A stretch of DNA of 62,363 nucleotides, counting the filler. It is 10 parts of 10 records of this genome, joined end to end, with 100 filler letters (N's around TTAATTAATTAA, not from the genome) between each part and the next. Parts side by side here need not be neighbours in the genome. Positions count along the whole stretch, not along the records: positions 37,132 to 48,906 come from SRR7504441_5669; positions 49,007 to 56,690 come from SRR7504441_5858; positions 56,791 to 62,363 come from SRR7504441_5913; 7 more parts are not named here. The stretch is one strand, 5' to 3'. Numbering within the stretch: the first letter of the stretch is position 1; each line of letters starts with the position of its first letter. Below the pieces are notes generated by a model. That model was not told the origin of the DNA and did not search any database. It was given only the letters and a program-made list of their open reading frames with translations. Both the position numbers and the translations under genes were made by a program. This document shows positions 47,601 to 59,900 of this stretch, in pieces.

Positions 47601-48517
47601 TGTCCCAGCCTGGAGCAGATGAGTCCTCCACTGTGCAAGCACTGCATCGTTTGGGGCAACGATTAGTGTTGGCAGTGCCGGCTTACGTTGTGCTCTCGCA
47701 ATCCCGATCCGGAGCAGTGCTCCTCCAATTGCCTCGACAGTCTTGCCCAAGCCCATCACGTCAGCAAGGAGCACCCCTCGAGTCTGTGTAGGCTCGGCCG
47801 AGGCCATAATCTCGAGCGGATCCCCACGGTTCCCTTTCTTGCCCGGGAAGGTCATTGACACTCCAGCCGTAGCACGTACTGCGACAAACTGGTGCGGCAG
47901 CAGCTCAAAATTAAACCCCAGTTCAAAGAGCATCTCCTGCAGTCTGCGGTCTTCTGCACGGTCAAGCTTAGCCAAACACGCCGCTTTTTGCGCGCAAGAT
48001 AGCTCGAGCTGTCCCCCGGCACTGTCCCTCTTTCGCTTGAGGCGCTGGGGCGCTGTCATGCTGCAAGGTGCTGCTCGAGATGCTGCAGGTTCGGAGGGTT
48101 CATCACCTGGACCAAAGGCTCGTCAGAACTCTCGCCTGGCACCGATCTATGGCCGGCTAGAGCCGGTGGGCAGCGGGCAGCCGGGCCGGGGAATCGCCAG
48201 CTCCCGAGGTAGCCCGGGGGCGGCTGATCTGAGAGCCCTCGGGAGGGCAAGGCGAGGTGTGTTGTACCTTCAGAACCTGGCCTTGCCTCTGTCTCCCCGA
48301 CAGTCGGCTTGGCCTGCTCTTCAGCACCATCCGAGTCGCTAGAGTCCACCAACCATGCGAGCTGAGCCGAGGATCCCGCGGCTGATTGAGGATCCCCAGG
48401 CGAGGCGACCGGGGAGGCAACAGGCCCACAGCCGCACACGGTGCAGTGGTTGCACTCGGCGCGGTTCTTGTAGTCGCACTCGGCGCAATTCCAGTCGGCT
48501 TGAACCACCATCTCCAT
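44640..48517 (-). CDS. SNF2-family (Rad5/Rad16-like) ATPase with RanBP2 zinc finger, interrupted RING-like finger and UBA domain
   Basis: WNCAECDYKN..CTVC; LADVMGLGKT; IIDEAH; LTGTPYNN; GGTGLN; WFNP..QAMDRCHRIGQ; UBA LVEMGY..AAVEWL. Confidence 0.9.
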
Positions 48518-48600
48518 TGTTGCCCGGGCTTGCCGTTGGGAATCGACTCAGGGGTGCTGCTGCAGGCGGTGGGCAGCGGTCCGGGTTGCCTCAGCCTGTA

Positions 48601-48906
48601 ATGGCGACGGAGGAGGAGCTGGCGGCAGTGAGTGCGGCGGTGGCTGCCAAGAGGGCCGAGCTGGAGGAGCTGGAGCGAAGGATCTCGGCCGCCCGGGCGC
48701 AGCTGCCGGAGAGCCCCAGCACAGCCGGTTGGTTTGTATCGCAGCAAGACGCAGGGCGCGCGCCCGATCCGAGCTGGTTTTGTGGCGGGCCAGCGAGCAT
48801 CGGGACCCGGGGTTGGTTTGTAGCCAAATCTGGCGAGGACCCGGGCTGGTTTCGTGGCCGGCGAGAGGTGGCGGGACGCGGCTGGTTTATTGGCGAGCAC
48901 GAGGCC
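48601..48906 (+). CDS. Coiled-coil + GWF-repeat protein, 3'-truncated
   Basis: ATG 48601, a short coiled coil, then five (G/S)WF motifs; the frame stays open to the contig end. Confidence 0.55.
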
Positions 48907-49006
48907 NNNNNNNNNNNNNNNNNNNNNNNNNNNNNNNNNNNNNNNNNNNNTTAATTAATTAANNNNNNNNNNNNNNNNNNNNNNNNNNNNNNNNNNNNNN
49001 NNNNNN
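48907..49006. other. Artificial contig spacer
   Basis: N44-TTAATTAATTAA-N44. Confidence 0.97.
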
Positions 49007-49154
49007 GCAAGTTCCAGTCGCTTTTTACGTCGGCCGGCTGGGCCTCCAGCCCCGGGCAGCGGCTCCGGAGCTCGGCGAGCAGGCCCAGCTCCGGCTCGGA
49101 CGGCCCGGAGAGCTCGCCGCTCGCAACCCCCTCGCCTGCACTGCCTTCCGCCAT
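49007..49154 (-). CDS. 5' fragment of a gene (weakly CRAL-TRIO-N-like)
   Basis: MAEGSAGEG..LLAELRSRC..SDWNL is open to the contig edge and divergent from the FYVE gene. Confidence 0.3.
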
Positions 49155-49266
49155 TGCCAGGAGATGCTTTGACGGTCGGTAGGCACCTTGGCGCTGCGCC
49201 GAACTGAAGCCGTTGGGAGACGTCAGGCTGAGCAGTGCCGCCCTGCAGGCTGCCTCCTTGCAGGCG

Positions 49267-52200
49267 ATGCCGGGGGCGCCGAGCAACCCGCCTCGGCTTA
49301 GCAGCCCCCCTGATGAGGGCGCCGCAGCCGAGTGGGACGAGGCGTCCATCTGCTACAACTGTGCCTGCAGCCCTGCCCGGCCGGCTGACGGCTCTGCCGC
49401 AGGTACGAAGAAGATAGGCGGGATGGCCACCATGCTGGGATCGGGGCGGCACCACTGTCGGCACTGTGGGCATTCATTCTGCCAGAGCTGCTCCACCCAC
49501 ACGGCAGTCATCCCCTGGATTGGGGTCGACCGCGAGGTACGGGTCTGCGACACCTGCGCCGCAGATCTGGCCGCCGCGGCTACCGGGCGACAGTCCCAGC
49601 GGCGGCCGTCAGTGTCGACCCAGGGAGTGCAGCGGGGCTGGGTCCGGGCCAAACTGGGCCACGCTGGGATGCTGGACCAGACTCGGTGGCACCCGCGTTT
49701 CTTCGAACTGGATCACCAGTCGCTGCGACTGTTCGAGAAGCGGTCGTGGGCGGTGCTTGAGCAGCGGGCCGCGACCGAGGAGGTGCTGCTGGGGGTGCAG
49801 ACAGTGATAGCGATAGAGAACAGACATGCACAGGAGATGGATTGGGTGCTGCAAATCGCTGCGAGTGAACAGCAGCTCAGCAGCGACAGGTGCCTGCGGC
49901 TCAAGAGCCAGAGCGGCGACGAGGAGCAGAGTCCAGGCGGGCCGGCTAGCTGGAACGTGATACCTGGGCTCTGGTCCGGTCTGCTGCGACAGTTGGCATC
50001 GATCAATCTGCAGGAAAGCTGGAGTGTTAACCAAAAGTACGGGCTGAAGCCAACCGACGAGATCGAGGAGCTGGCCACCTCCAGCACGTAAGCCACTGGC
50101 TGGGTCTGTGCTGAGCTGGGCGCAGGAGCGTCCAGACCGCCAGCAACGACAGCCCGAGCAGGCCGACGGGGTTTCGAGTTACCCCGACCATGGCCCGTCG
50201 CCCGCCGATCGAGCGCACGCTGGATGAGATTGTGCAGGTCAGGGCTGCAGGCCGGGCTGCGGGCAGCGGGCTGGGCAGGGGCACGTGGTGCAGTCGCGAC
50301 TGGTCGGGGAGGTGCGCGAGTGGGGCGCGGCGTCTAGCTCGAGGGCCCGACACATCGGGAAGGTGCAAACATTCGACGTTCACTTGACTGAGAATCACTT
50401 CAACATCTTCCTGGTCGACTTGCGATCGCCCAACTCGACGCTCGAGAGCACCCACAGTGGACCGGAGAACGGCCGACAGGCCGAGTTCGTACTCGACCTA
50501 GTCCTGCTCAACACGGGCTGCCCGATTGTTGACTCGGCCAACAATGCGTTCACACTAGAGACTGATAGTTTCAGCTGCGTGTTTTACTGCCCAGACGAGG
50601 CCACGCTGCTGCACTGGGCTGACGCCGTCTCTGACAACTTGCGGCGGCTCAAGCATGTGGAACGGTCTCGACGGATCGCAGAGCCCACCGTGGAGCACTC
50701 AGATAGCAGGCTGCGACTGGTGATGCGAGTACTCGGGCCTGGGGCTGGCTGCATGCAGGATCAGAGGCAATGGCTGAATCGACATACATCCTCCAACGCG
50801 AGCGTTCCACTGTTGTCAGTCATCCAGCGTGTTTTCCGGGTAACATATCAGACACCACGGAGCAGCATACCGGGCTACCTAGCGATTGGGCCCTCACGGG
50901 TCCTGTTTGTGTCGAATGGCACAGGCACTAAGCTTGAGGTGAGCCAGAGTCAGATCTACAACGTGACGCTCGAGGCCGGACAGGATTCTCATCCGCTGAG
51001 ACAGGTGCTGTCGTTTGCAATACAGCGACACATCACAGATGAGTGGCGGCTCACGTTCCACTGCCCGCTAGAGGCTGAGCAGGCGCGCGTGCTGGTTGAG
51101 AAGAGCTTACATGAGACGCACGGGAGTAGCAACACGGACATATTCCGCTCGTCTTTGGGTGGAATCGAGGGGAACAATTCGAGCTTTAACAGTGGCAAGT
51201 CTCCTCTGCTATGGCAGCTACAGCACAAGTTTCATATTCCCTCGAGTGATACACCGCGGATGATGGTTGCCTGCTGTATTTTGATGCAGCAGGAGCCTGG
51301 GGAGAGTCACCACTTGCCAATGATGTGCCCGCCCGGAGCTGCAGTGGCGCCACTGGGTGGACCTGGTGGTGTCGAACTGGTGTCGGGATTGCTGGCTGTT
51401 TTCGACTGGGCGGTCGTTTTTGTGGCAGACAGCGGTCCTATTCCAGCGCTTTCAGCGCTGACAGCCAAACAGTGGCACACCAATGGCGGTGGCCACCTAG
51501 GGGAGATCAGTCAGACTGCTCATCGGCATTTGAGACTGATCGTAATGAACAGTCAAATAGAGCGGGTTGAGTGGGCTCAGGAGCCCTGCCGTCTCAAGCT
51601 TTACACATTATCAGAGGCTTCCTTGTCGATCGAGGATCAGACCGAGCCGATTCAATTCCATCTAGTCCAACACGGCGATCAATTGGCCACTCTACTGACT
51701 CAGATTACTAACCACCATGATGATTTCTACACGCCACGGATGCCAGTTAGGAATGCATCAAGCGCTGTTGGGTCTCCGTTCTCGAGCGTGGGTCAGTGGC
51801 AGGGTTGGACAGACCTTCGTGCGTCGCTTCATCTTTACAAGACGCTTCACCCTGAGATGGTTGTGTTGGATCCAAGTCAGAGTGATCAGTTGCCGTCCAA
51901 GATAGAAGTCTATGGGTTTGATTCGAACGGGTACCAGCTTCCAACGCCCACAGACTGGCGGCGAGCTCTGGATAGCTGCAAGGCAGGAGCAACGTCCAGA
52001 GAGGCGCAGCTCACTGCGATTCAGCAGTACTACAAAGCTTCGCAGCATGATGGGGTGCTGCTGGTGACACAGCAGCTTTCGAGCCTCGCACAAGGGGGAT
52101 TCCCTCCAAAAGTGCGGGGCGACCTTTGGATGGCGTGCACTTTTGCGCTGACCAAGCCTCGTCAGGAGACTGAGGGATACTATGTGCATCTGTTGGACCA

Positions 52201-54244
52201 GGTCAGCCACATTGAGAGTGTGTATCGAAGGAAGTCCAGTGGCGCCTTGGACGAGACTAGCTCTGTCCCAGAAACACTTGCCGATGCACTGGACCAGATA
52301 CATAGAGATATCGACTTGGACCGCACTGACTCGTCACATTGCCTAATGTATCGGCGAGACGGGCTGACACCAGCGGAGCTAGAGTCCGGGGACGGGCTGG
52401 TGCCAGAGTACAAGGAACTCAGCGATGCAGTGCGACGAGTCTGCTGCGCTTTTGTAATGCGGAATCACAACCGTACAGGCTTTGCGCAGGGGATGCCCTC
52501 GATTGTGTTGCATTTATTATTAGCGCTTCCAGAGGAGCATGCCTTCTGGTTGATGTGTTGTATATTTGAGGATATGCTCCCAGATCATATGGGGTATAAA
52601 GGCACAGCGATGGGCGGGGTGCATGATGTAGGGAAGGAGGCATGCAAGACGCTCCTCGAGAATTTAGTTGACGAAGTCTATCCACACTTTTGGCGCTATC
52701 TCGAAGAGGAAGGCCCAGATGTGCGCGCCGAGGTGCGAGGCAATATTTTTGAAAAGTGGATGAATTGTCTCTTCTGCGGCGAAGGCTGTGGCTTTCCGTC
52801 CGAGACGGTCCAGCGCATTCTGGATCTAGTGTTTGCGCAAGGTTTCCACATGCTCTTCGCTGTCGCAATTGCGGTGATCAGGCTGCAGCCTCTTGATCCT
52901 TTGACTCATCATGCTGAGCGATTCTGTCTACTGAGCGAGAACCAGCGCGTGATAGCAAGGTCGCTGCATGACGCTGATGTGTTGATAAAGATGGCCTGCG
53001 AGGTGGCTTTGCTGCCACAGCTTCAGCCAGCAGCGATTTGGCACGCTCACGCTGCACTTGTCGTCAAGTATGAGCAGTACAGACTACTGTGTGCAGCAAG
53101 CTATGAGCCGGGGGTGGCATGCCAGTTCTGCGACAAGCTCGGATCACGCGTGACCAACTGCTGTTACCGGGGCAACAACAACAGCAAACAGATGGAGGAG
53201 GTGATACCTCATATCGTCCATGCTGTTGCCGATGTCAACTGGCAAGGGGCAGAGACTAATGGGCGGACAGCCCTCCACTACGCTGCAAGTGCTGTGAATG
53301 TTCAAATGGTCCGCGGCCTCATGAAGCACCCTAAGATTAAGCTGAATGAGCCAGATGAGCACGGATGTACTCCACTGCACCTTGCGACTACCAAAACGTG
53401 TCTTTGCCGTTCTGGGTGTAGCCAATGTACGGTCAAGCAGAAGGAACGAGTCGACGTGGTGGTTGCTTTGCTTGATGCTAAGAGTGCCATGCACATTCAG
53501 GATCGCGCAGGGTGCACTGCTTTGCACAACTCCTCGACTGGGGCCGGGTTCTATCCCCTCGCGCAGCGCATCCTACAGTCTTGGTGGTCGATGGAGCACG
53601 TTGAGCCCGAGCAGAAAGGCTTCCTGGACCTGCAGAACAAGGTAGGCTACACGGCTCTCCACCTGGCAGCGCACTACGGAATCCTGTTGACGGTCGAGCT
53701 GTTGATCAAGTATGGTGCCAATGTCGATGCTAAAGGTCTGTTAGATGAGACTCCGCTGCACACTGCAGCGCAGAATAATCAGTATGAGGTCGTGGAGTCG
53801 CTATGTGCTCATTCAGCAGCTGTAGATTCGACTGCAGGCACTGTGGGCTGGATGCCTCTGCATGTGGCCTGCTCTGAAGGCCACCACGACGTTGCCTTCA
53901 AGCTCGTGTTACATCAGCCGATAATCTCTGGTAACCGCAAACTGGTTGATGTCCCCACTTTAGACGGGTACAGCCCACTTCAGATAGCAGTGCTCGGGAA
54001 CCAGGGGGAGATTGTCGACTTTCTGAAGGCGATGGACGCCTGCTTCCCTGAGCACCACTATGACCAGCCGAATGTGTCCATGTGCAGTTCAGAGAATTCT
54101 ATACCAACACAGCTAACACCGACACAGAGCCAAAAGCTTGAGATGAGCAGCTTGCGCAATGCATTTGGATACGACTCCATCGAGGATGACAACGATGGCA
54201 GTGACGTGACGAGTGAGATCTCAGAAGGGCCCGTTCATTTGTAG
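49267..54244 (+). CDS. FYVE + PH-like + TBC Rab-GAP + ankyrin-repeat protein
   Basis: FYVE RHHCRHCG..RVCDTC; PH GWVRAK..WHPRFFEL; TBC IHRDIDLDRT, FAQGM, EEHAFW; ankyrin repeats GRTALHYAA, GYTALHLAA. Joined by introns at 49361-49402, 50088-50125 and 50238-50278. Confidence 0.85.
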
Positions 54245-54267
54245 CACATTAAATCCTATAGCAGCAC

Positions 54268-54365
54268 TACAATCATGATTGTAAGTTTATACTCCTGGCC
54301 GCATACCGTAGCGACCGCATACCGTTCATAACTACATGAATTGTACTCGTACAATCATGATTGTA
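54268..54365. repeat. Two copies of the 16-bp palindrome TACAATCATGATTGTA flanking a CCGCATACCGT duplication
   Basis: Exact copies at 54268-54283 and 54350-54365. Confidence 0.85.
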
Positions 54366-54647
54366 TAAGATGAAGGAGTTCTCTACGAGTCTAACGTTCT
54401 TTGGTCTCAGATGATTCAAACCGCGTGCTTGCGTTAGTATTTGTTGCAACGATGTACTATTGCAAGTATGACATTTGATTAATTAACATTTGATGCGCTT
54501 ACTTGTAGCATTTTTACTTTAGTATTTGAATCTTAAATGTGGGTTTCGTGCACGCACCTCAGTCTCTAGAACCCACGCCCCTTGAAATTAAAATGTCGAG
54601 GCTACAACCTGATCAGATCAACGTCTTTGACGCATCTCAACGAGCGC

Positions 54648-55534
54648 TCAGCTTTCTGCTTCGGTCGGAGCCTCCTCTGCTGCAGCGTCCTCTTCAGCTC
54701 CGTCCTCCGGATTTGAATCAGTATTGGCGTCTACTTCACTCTGGTGGGCCTTCAATCCAGCCTGCCAGAAAGCATATGCTCACAACATCGTGCAGCCAAA
54801 AAGCGCCACCTCAATAGCACGGCCCACAACATCGTCGGCAAGCTTGGAGGCCATGTCGAAGCTTTTACACTTCTGGGTGGCCAGTTGGGCTATCCACGGC
54901 ATAAAGGACGTCTCAATCTCTCTCTCTACAGGATCATAGAAGTACGACAGCTTTGTGAGTCTGTCGAGCACTGAGCTCTCGATGCCCGCCATGTAGTTCT
55001 TGGCAAATGCCGCCGCCGATATCTTTTCTTTCAGCACCTTCTCCTTCTCGACTCTCTCCCTCTCCTACGACACCGCTCAGCGCTGCCCCCATCCTGGCCG
55101 GCCACCTCTTCCATGCGCCTCTCCTTCTCCTCGAACTTGCGCCGCTCAGCTTCCTCCATCCGTTGCGTCTCGGCCAGCTCGGCGTTCCGCAGCTGGACGA
55201 AATCCTCCTGGTGTGCCCGAAGCTCTGCTAGCTCCTCCTCCTCCATAACCTCCATCATCGACTGCTCGAGCGTCTTGCCCACCAGCACATCCAAGATCGG
55301 CTCGACCTGTCCCCCGCTCGCCCCCACTCTCCCCGGCCGAGCGCACCTCCAGCTCGAAGGGTGGGCTGGCACCGTGATGATCTGAGCGGCGTACGTGTTG
55401 CCGCGGACCACCCGTCGATCCCACATGATATTAGCGTTGACCGGCTCGGCCGGCTGTGCGCGGTACATCGCCCGGTTCTGCACTGCCCGGGGCTCCGAAG
55501 CGTGCTGGTACGCTCCGAACGCGGCCGCAGTCAT
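54648..55534 (-). CDS. RSPH3: Flagellar radial spoke protein 3 (central segment missing in this assembly)
   Basis: NIMWDRRVVRGNTYA; VEPILDVLVGKTLEQSMMEVMEEEEL; RNAELAETQRME; YFYDPVEREIETSFMPW. Confidence 0.92.
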
Positions 55535-55779
55535 GGTCACTCGAACACTGGCGCACGCGCGCGGTGAGACGGGGCAGGCCAGGGAGGGCCGGGCGGGCGG
55601 GCGCGGGCTAGACCGACGGCGGCGACTACAGCGCAGGCCACGGCGGCCGGGCAGCTCACCTCCACTCACGCCTCGCTCCTCGCACTCACGCTCCCCGCAC
55701 CATACAGTAGCTGGACACACAGTGCTATAAACAGATCGGCAACGGCAACAACTGCCATGCGAGATTACGAAAACAAAAG

Positions 55780-56690
55780 ATGGCGTCAGGACGGACAGAC
55801 ATGAGTCCGGCGTGTCCCAAGGTGCTCGACTCGCCCATGATGGCCAGAGGCCGCGCAGCCGGCTCGAGCGCAGCCGGCGTGGCCTCCCGCCAGGAGCAGG
55901 CCCTGCTCAAGCACATCCAGCGCCGGGGGGCCGGGGTGCGGCTCGAGTCGCCCAAGGTTCAGAAAGCCCCGTCGCACCGGTGCTCACACCCGGGCAGGTC
56001 CGCACCCCGGTCCGGAACGCGGTCAAGCGGGTACACAAGAAGATCCTATCTCTGCGCGAGACGGCCCCTCCGGCCAAGCAGCCCAGCCCGAGCCCGCGCA
56101 AGCGTGCCCGCCTTCAGGTCGCAGCCCGCCCCGCCCCCAGCCTGAGCCCGGCGGCGCAGGAGCAGTGCCCGAACAAGCCGACCGAGCCCCGGGGCGGCAA
56201 GCCCCGGCTGTCGATGGAAACCCTCAAGTGGGCCACGCCGTGGGGCCGGGTGCGAACGGGGGCGGCAGGCTGGCGGAGGAGGTAGCACAGCTGGACAAGC
56301 AGGTGGAGGAGATGATCTCCAAGTCGCCCAGGGCCTCGCCCAGGGCCTCGCCCAGGGCCTCGCCAGCCAGGTGGTGTCGGCCTGGAGCCTCGCTGAACGG
56401 CTGCAGGGCCCGGAAGCCAGCTCAGCCCGAGACCCAGCCGGCTGCTGAAGGCAACACTCCGATGCGCGCCAAGGCAAAGTTCTTCAAGCGGGCTGCTGCC
56501 AAGCGAAGCGCGGTGACCGACGCAACAGTAGGTGAGCAGGCAGTGCCAGCGGTCGAGGAGGCAGCAACGGTCGAACTGGGCTCACCAGATGCGCAGGCAA
56601 AGCCAGCGGATAAGGAGGCCTCAGATCCGATTCAAGAGGTACCATCGATCGTCGACGAGGCATCCGATGCGGTCGAGGAGGAGGCACCAG
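55780..56690 (+). CDS. Low-complexity SP-rich hypothetical protein, 3'-truncated
   Basis: Overlapping + strand ORFs joinable by short introns; SPRA x3 repeat near 56325-56365; open to the contig end. Confidence 0.5.
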
Positions 56691-56790
56691 NNNNNNNNNN
56701 NNNNNNNNNNNNNNNNNNNNNNNNNNNNNNNNNNTTAATTAATTAANNNNNNNNNNNNNNNNNNNNNNNNNNNNNNNNNNNNNNNNNNNN
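56691..56790. other. Artificial contig spacer
   Basis: N44-TTAATTAATTAA-N44. Confidence 0.97.
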
Positions 56791-56908
56791 CATTGTGATC
56801 ATACGCAGTACATACTCGTACTCGTACGTATTCGTCTAGTATTCGTACCCGTACTATAAATGTACACGTGCAATCCGCGTGCACAATCATCGTACACGTA
56901 CGATGTCT

Positions 56909-59900
56909 TTAGACTTTATTGTAGACTTGATCATGATCGAGCTCTATATCATCTAGATCAAATTCGAGCTGTGAACTCTCGCAATCGTGGAACTCAGAAG
57001 TCGTCAGGACTTTGGTGCGTGCTGGTAGCTCGACTGAGTCACCAGCACTGTCACAAAATGAAGCGAACTCTGATGAGTCAGCTCGCGTGGCCTTTGCTTT
57101 TAGCTCGCAATAGTATTCTTTCGCAATTGCCTTGATTTCTCGTTGCTCCTCCAAGGTTCTGCCACTTTGTCTGACTTCCTGGATAAAAGATGTCGAGTCC
57201 AGAAACGTGTCCCATTCTTGCTCATTGTCGGTATCTGGAATACTTGCTAGAAGCTTCTCAACCTCGCTCTGGCGCCTAACCGTATGCTCAGCTATATCTT
57301 CGAGCGCCTGCCAACGACAAAATCATGACCTAATACAGTAACAAGTAGGCATACATTCTCTCGAAGGTAGCTCCTGCGTTGCGCAGTATAATTACTGACG
57401 AGAGCAACCGCGGCCAACCCTACGAAAACTGCTATAGTCCACATAACAGTCATCCAGCCGAAGACTAAGAATGCACGGGAAAAGTCGTAAACAATTTCAC
57501 CCGAACCCTCTACGCCCCTTGCAACCTGCCATCCCAGGCGTTCTCCTGTCTCTATCCAGCATGGCAAAAGCAATAGCATAAAAGTAATAAAAAGGACAAT
57601 CCTTGTGAACCGAATATCACTGAATCTGGCCAAGAAAGCCTTCTTATCCGACAGCGATGACGACACATCCAGTTGCTCTTCCTGTGGAAGATCACTCGTA
57701 GAATACGAAACCTCGGAATCAAAAACTCGATCAAAAAGGGGGGTGTTAGTTGCGTGTGACTGCCAAATCACTGGAAGGAAGTCACAGATCAGCTGCTTGA
57801 GGAATAGGAGTAACCCCATCACGACAAGACACAGTCCGCCAGCCAGCGCGGGCCAATACCCTTTCTGATCCGGTTTACAAGGACACTGACCTCCCGCAGC
57901 CAAGTATGAAGTGTATGCGGACGTATCACACACCATCGCATTCTGAAGATGTTGGTTCACAACACTTCCCTGAGCTGCTAGGGCGATCACTGTCATTAAG
58001 CCAAACGCCAGCAGCAACATGAGAGCAAGCTTGATAACGAGCCATCTGTGCTCCTCTGGAGGGCTGAGTATCCGGCTAGGAGTCAAGAATATCGTAAGAT
58101 TCAAGGACAACAGAAGCACCGAAAAGCAGAGGACCCAGAGGACACTCATGGCGAGCTGCTCTATTATGTTGCTTTTCTCATGAAAAGCCCGTGGGATCCA
58201 CATAAAGCCGTGCACACTGGCGAATGCAAAGATCCCAAAACAGATGACAGCAGAGGTGAAGCCATAGATTCGCATTGTGGCGCCAGAACACGCATGCAAC
58301 AATGCAGGCATGACAAGCAGTCCGATGACTGGCAAAAGCAGTTCAACTGTGTCTGCACCCCAGCCATCAGAAAGACGCGCTACTAGCCTGGTACTTACAA
58401 AGTGATACTTCAGCAGGGCAGGAAGCGCGATCGCAAGTAACAGATAAAGCTATCACCACACATGCACCGTAGAAAGACGGTAGGAAATCCAAGCCGAGCA
58501 CATAAATGATCACCGCCCAGATAAGCTTGAGCCTATTGACAAGCTTGCCATCCAATGTGGAATAACTTGATATACCCAGGGTTACCCCATGGCGATTGAG
58601 GGCGCCCAGAGTTGGGTAGAGATTCTCGACACCAACCCTAAGTTGGCGGAGCCCAAGGATGGAAAAGTGGAAAGGCTGTGGCGGAGGCTTGTCTTGCTCC
58701 TTGGAAGTCGATTCGGGTTTCGCTTGGCTTTTGTTGGTGAAAACCCTCTTGAAGGCAGACACGGCATCCATCAGGTTAGCAATCGCCGTTGGCGTGTAGG
58801 CACAGTCAAGAACCCCCACCCCCTGTTGTCCAAGCGTGCTCGTTCGGAGGGTAGTCTCCCCTGAGAGGGTATCATCGCTAAATGCGACGATGAGGCGCGC
58901 TTGGCCAGGCTTTGGCTTCAAAGCAAGTGTGACAAAGGCAACCTTCGGATCCAGAGCGAGGTAAAGCCAGCACCCAATCTCGGATTCGGCAAGAGGTGAC
59001 ACAATGCTGACTCCAACTGTATAGAATCGAAGGAGTGCTTCCTCCTTTGCAAACTGGATTTCAGGACAATCAATGTCAACATTGAGCTGCAAACAGCAGA
59101 TCAGCACAAAAAAGCTAGATTGGCACCTGGCCGACCATGGCGGTATTGCATCGCAGCGTTGGCAGATTAACTTTCACTCCGCGTTTGCCATCCCAGTTGT
59201 AGGTAAGGAGGCAAGCAATAGACGATTCCCCAATCGGCTGTCCGGCTCTGACTCGGATATCGCAAGAATTGAACTCGGCAACAAGCAATTCCTGCTTCAG
59301 CTTGTCTAGGTCGTCACCAAAGATTTCCTGATCCTGCGGGTTGCGATCCTCGGCCTCTTCAATTACTTTTATCTGATCGCTGAGGAAGCATGCCAATGCC
59401 CTGGCCGCACTTGGAGAGGATGTAGTGTGAACGCGCAAATCTGTCCACAGAGTAGATTTGATGCGGTCTTTAGTTTCTTGGGCAAACCCCCCCTCCTCTT
59501 GTTCCGCAGCACGAAATGCCTTCACTGCAATCAGCATCATCTCTTTACACAGCGAGTGATCCGATTCTTCAGCACCCATACTCAAAGCTGTCCGGTCAGG
59601 GGCACGACCAACCAGCTCCGGCACATCAACAGTAAGCACATCCTCGTGCTTGCTGATATGGATTGGACCCTGTGCATTGACTGCTGCCGTAAACTGGTCG
59701 ATGTACACGAAGCGGATATTGTGCATTATGTTGAAAAACAGAATCTTTCCTGCAGTAGGATTCTCGAATGCACTGGAGATGTGTGATTTGATTCGTGCCC
59801 TGACATCGAGAAACTCCAAGGTGCTGGCCCGCGGCACCAGGCTCTGACGAGGCATAGCGCGAGGGGCTCCATTACTTGGTGCTCCTTGCTGGCCTACACT

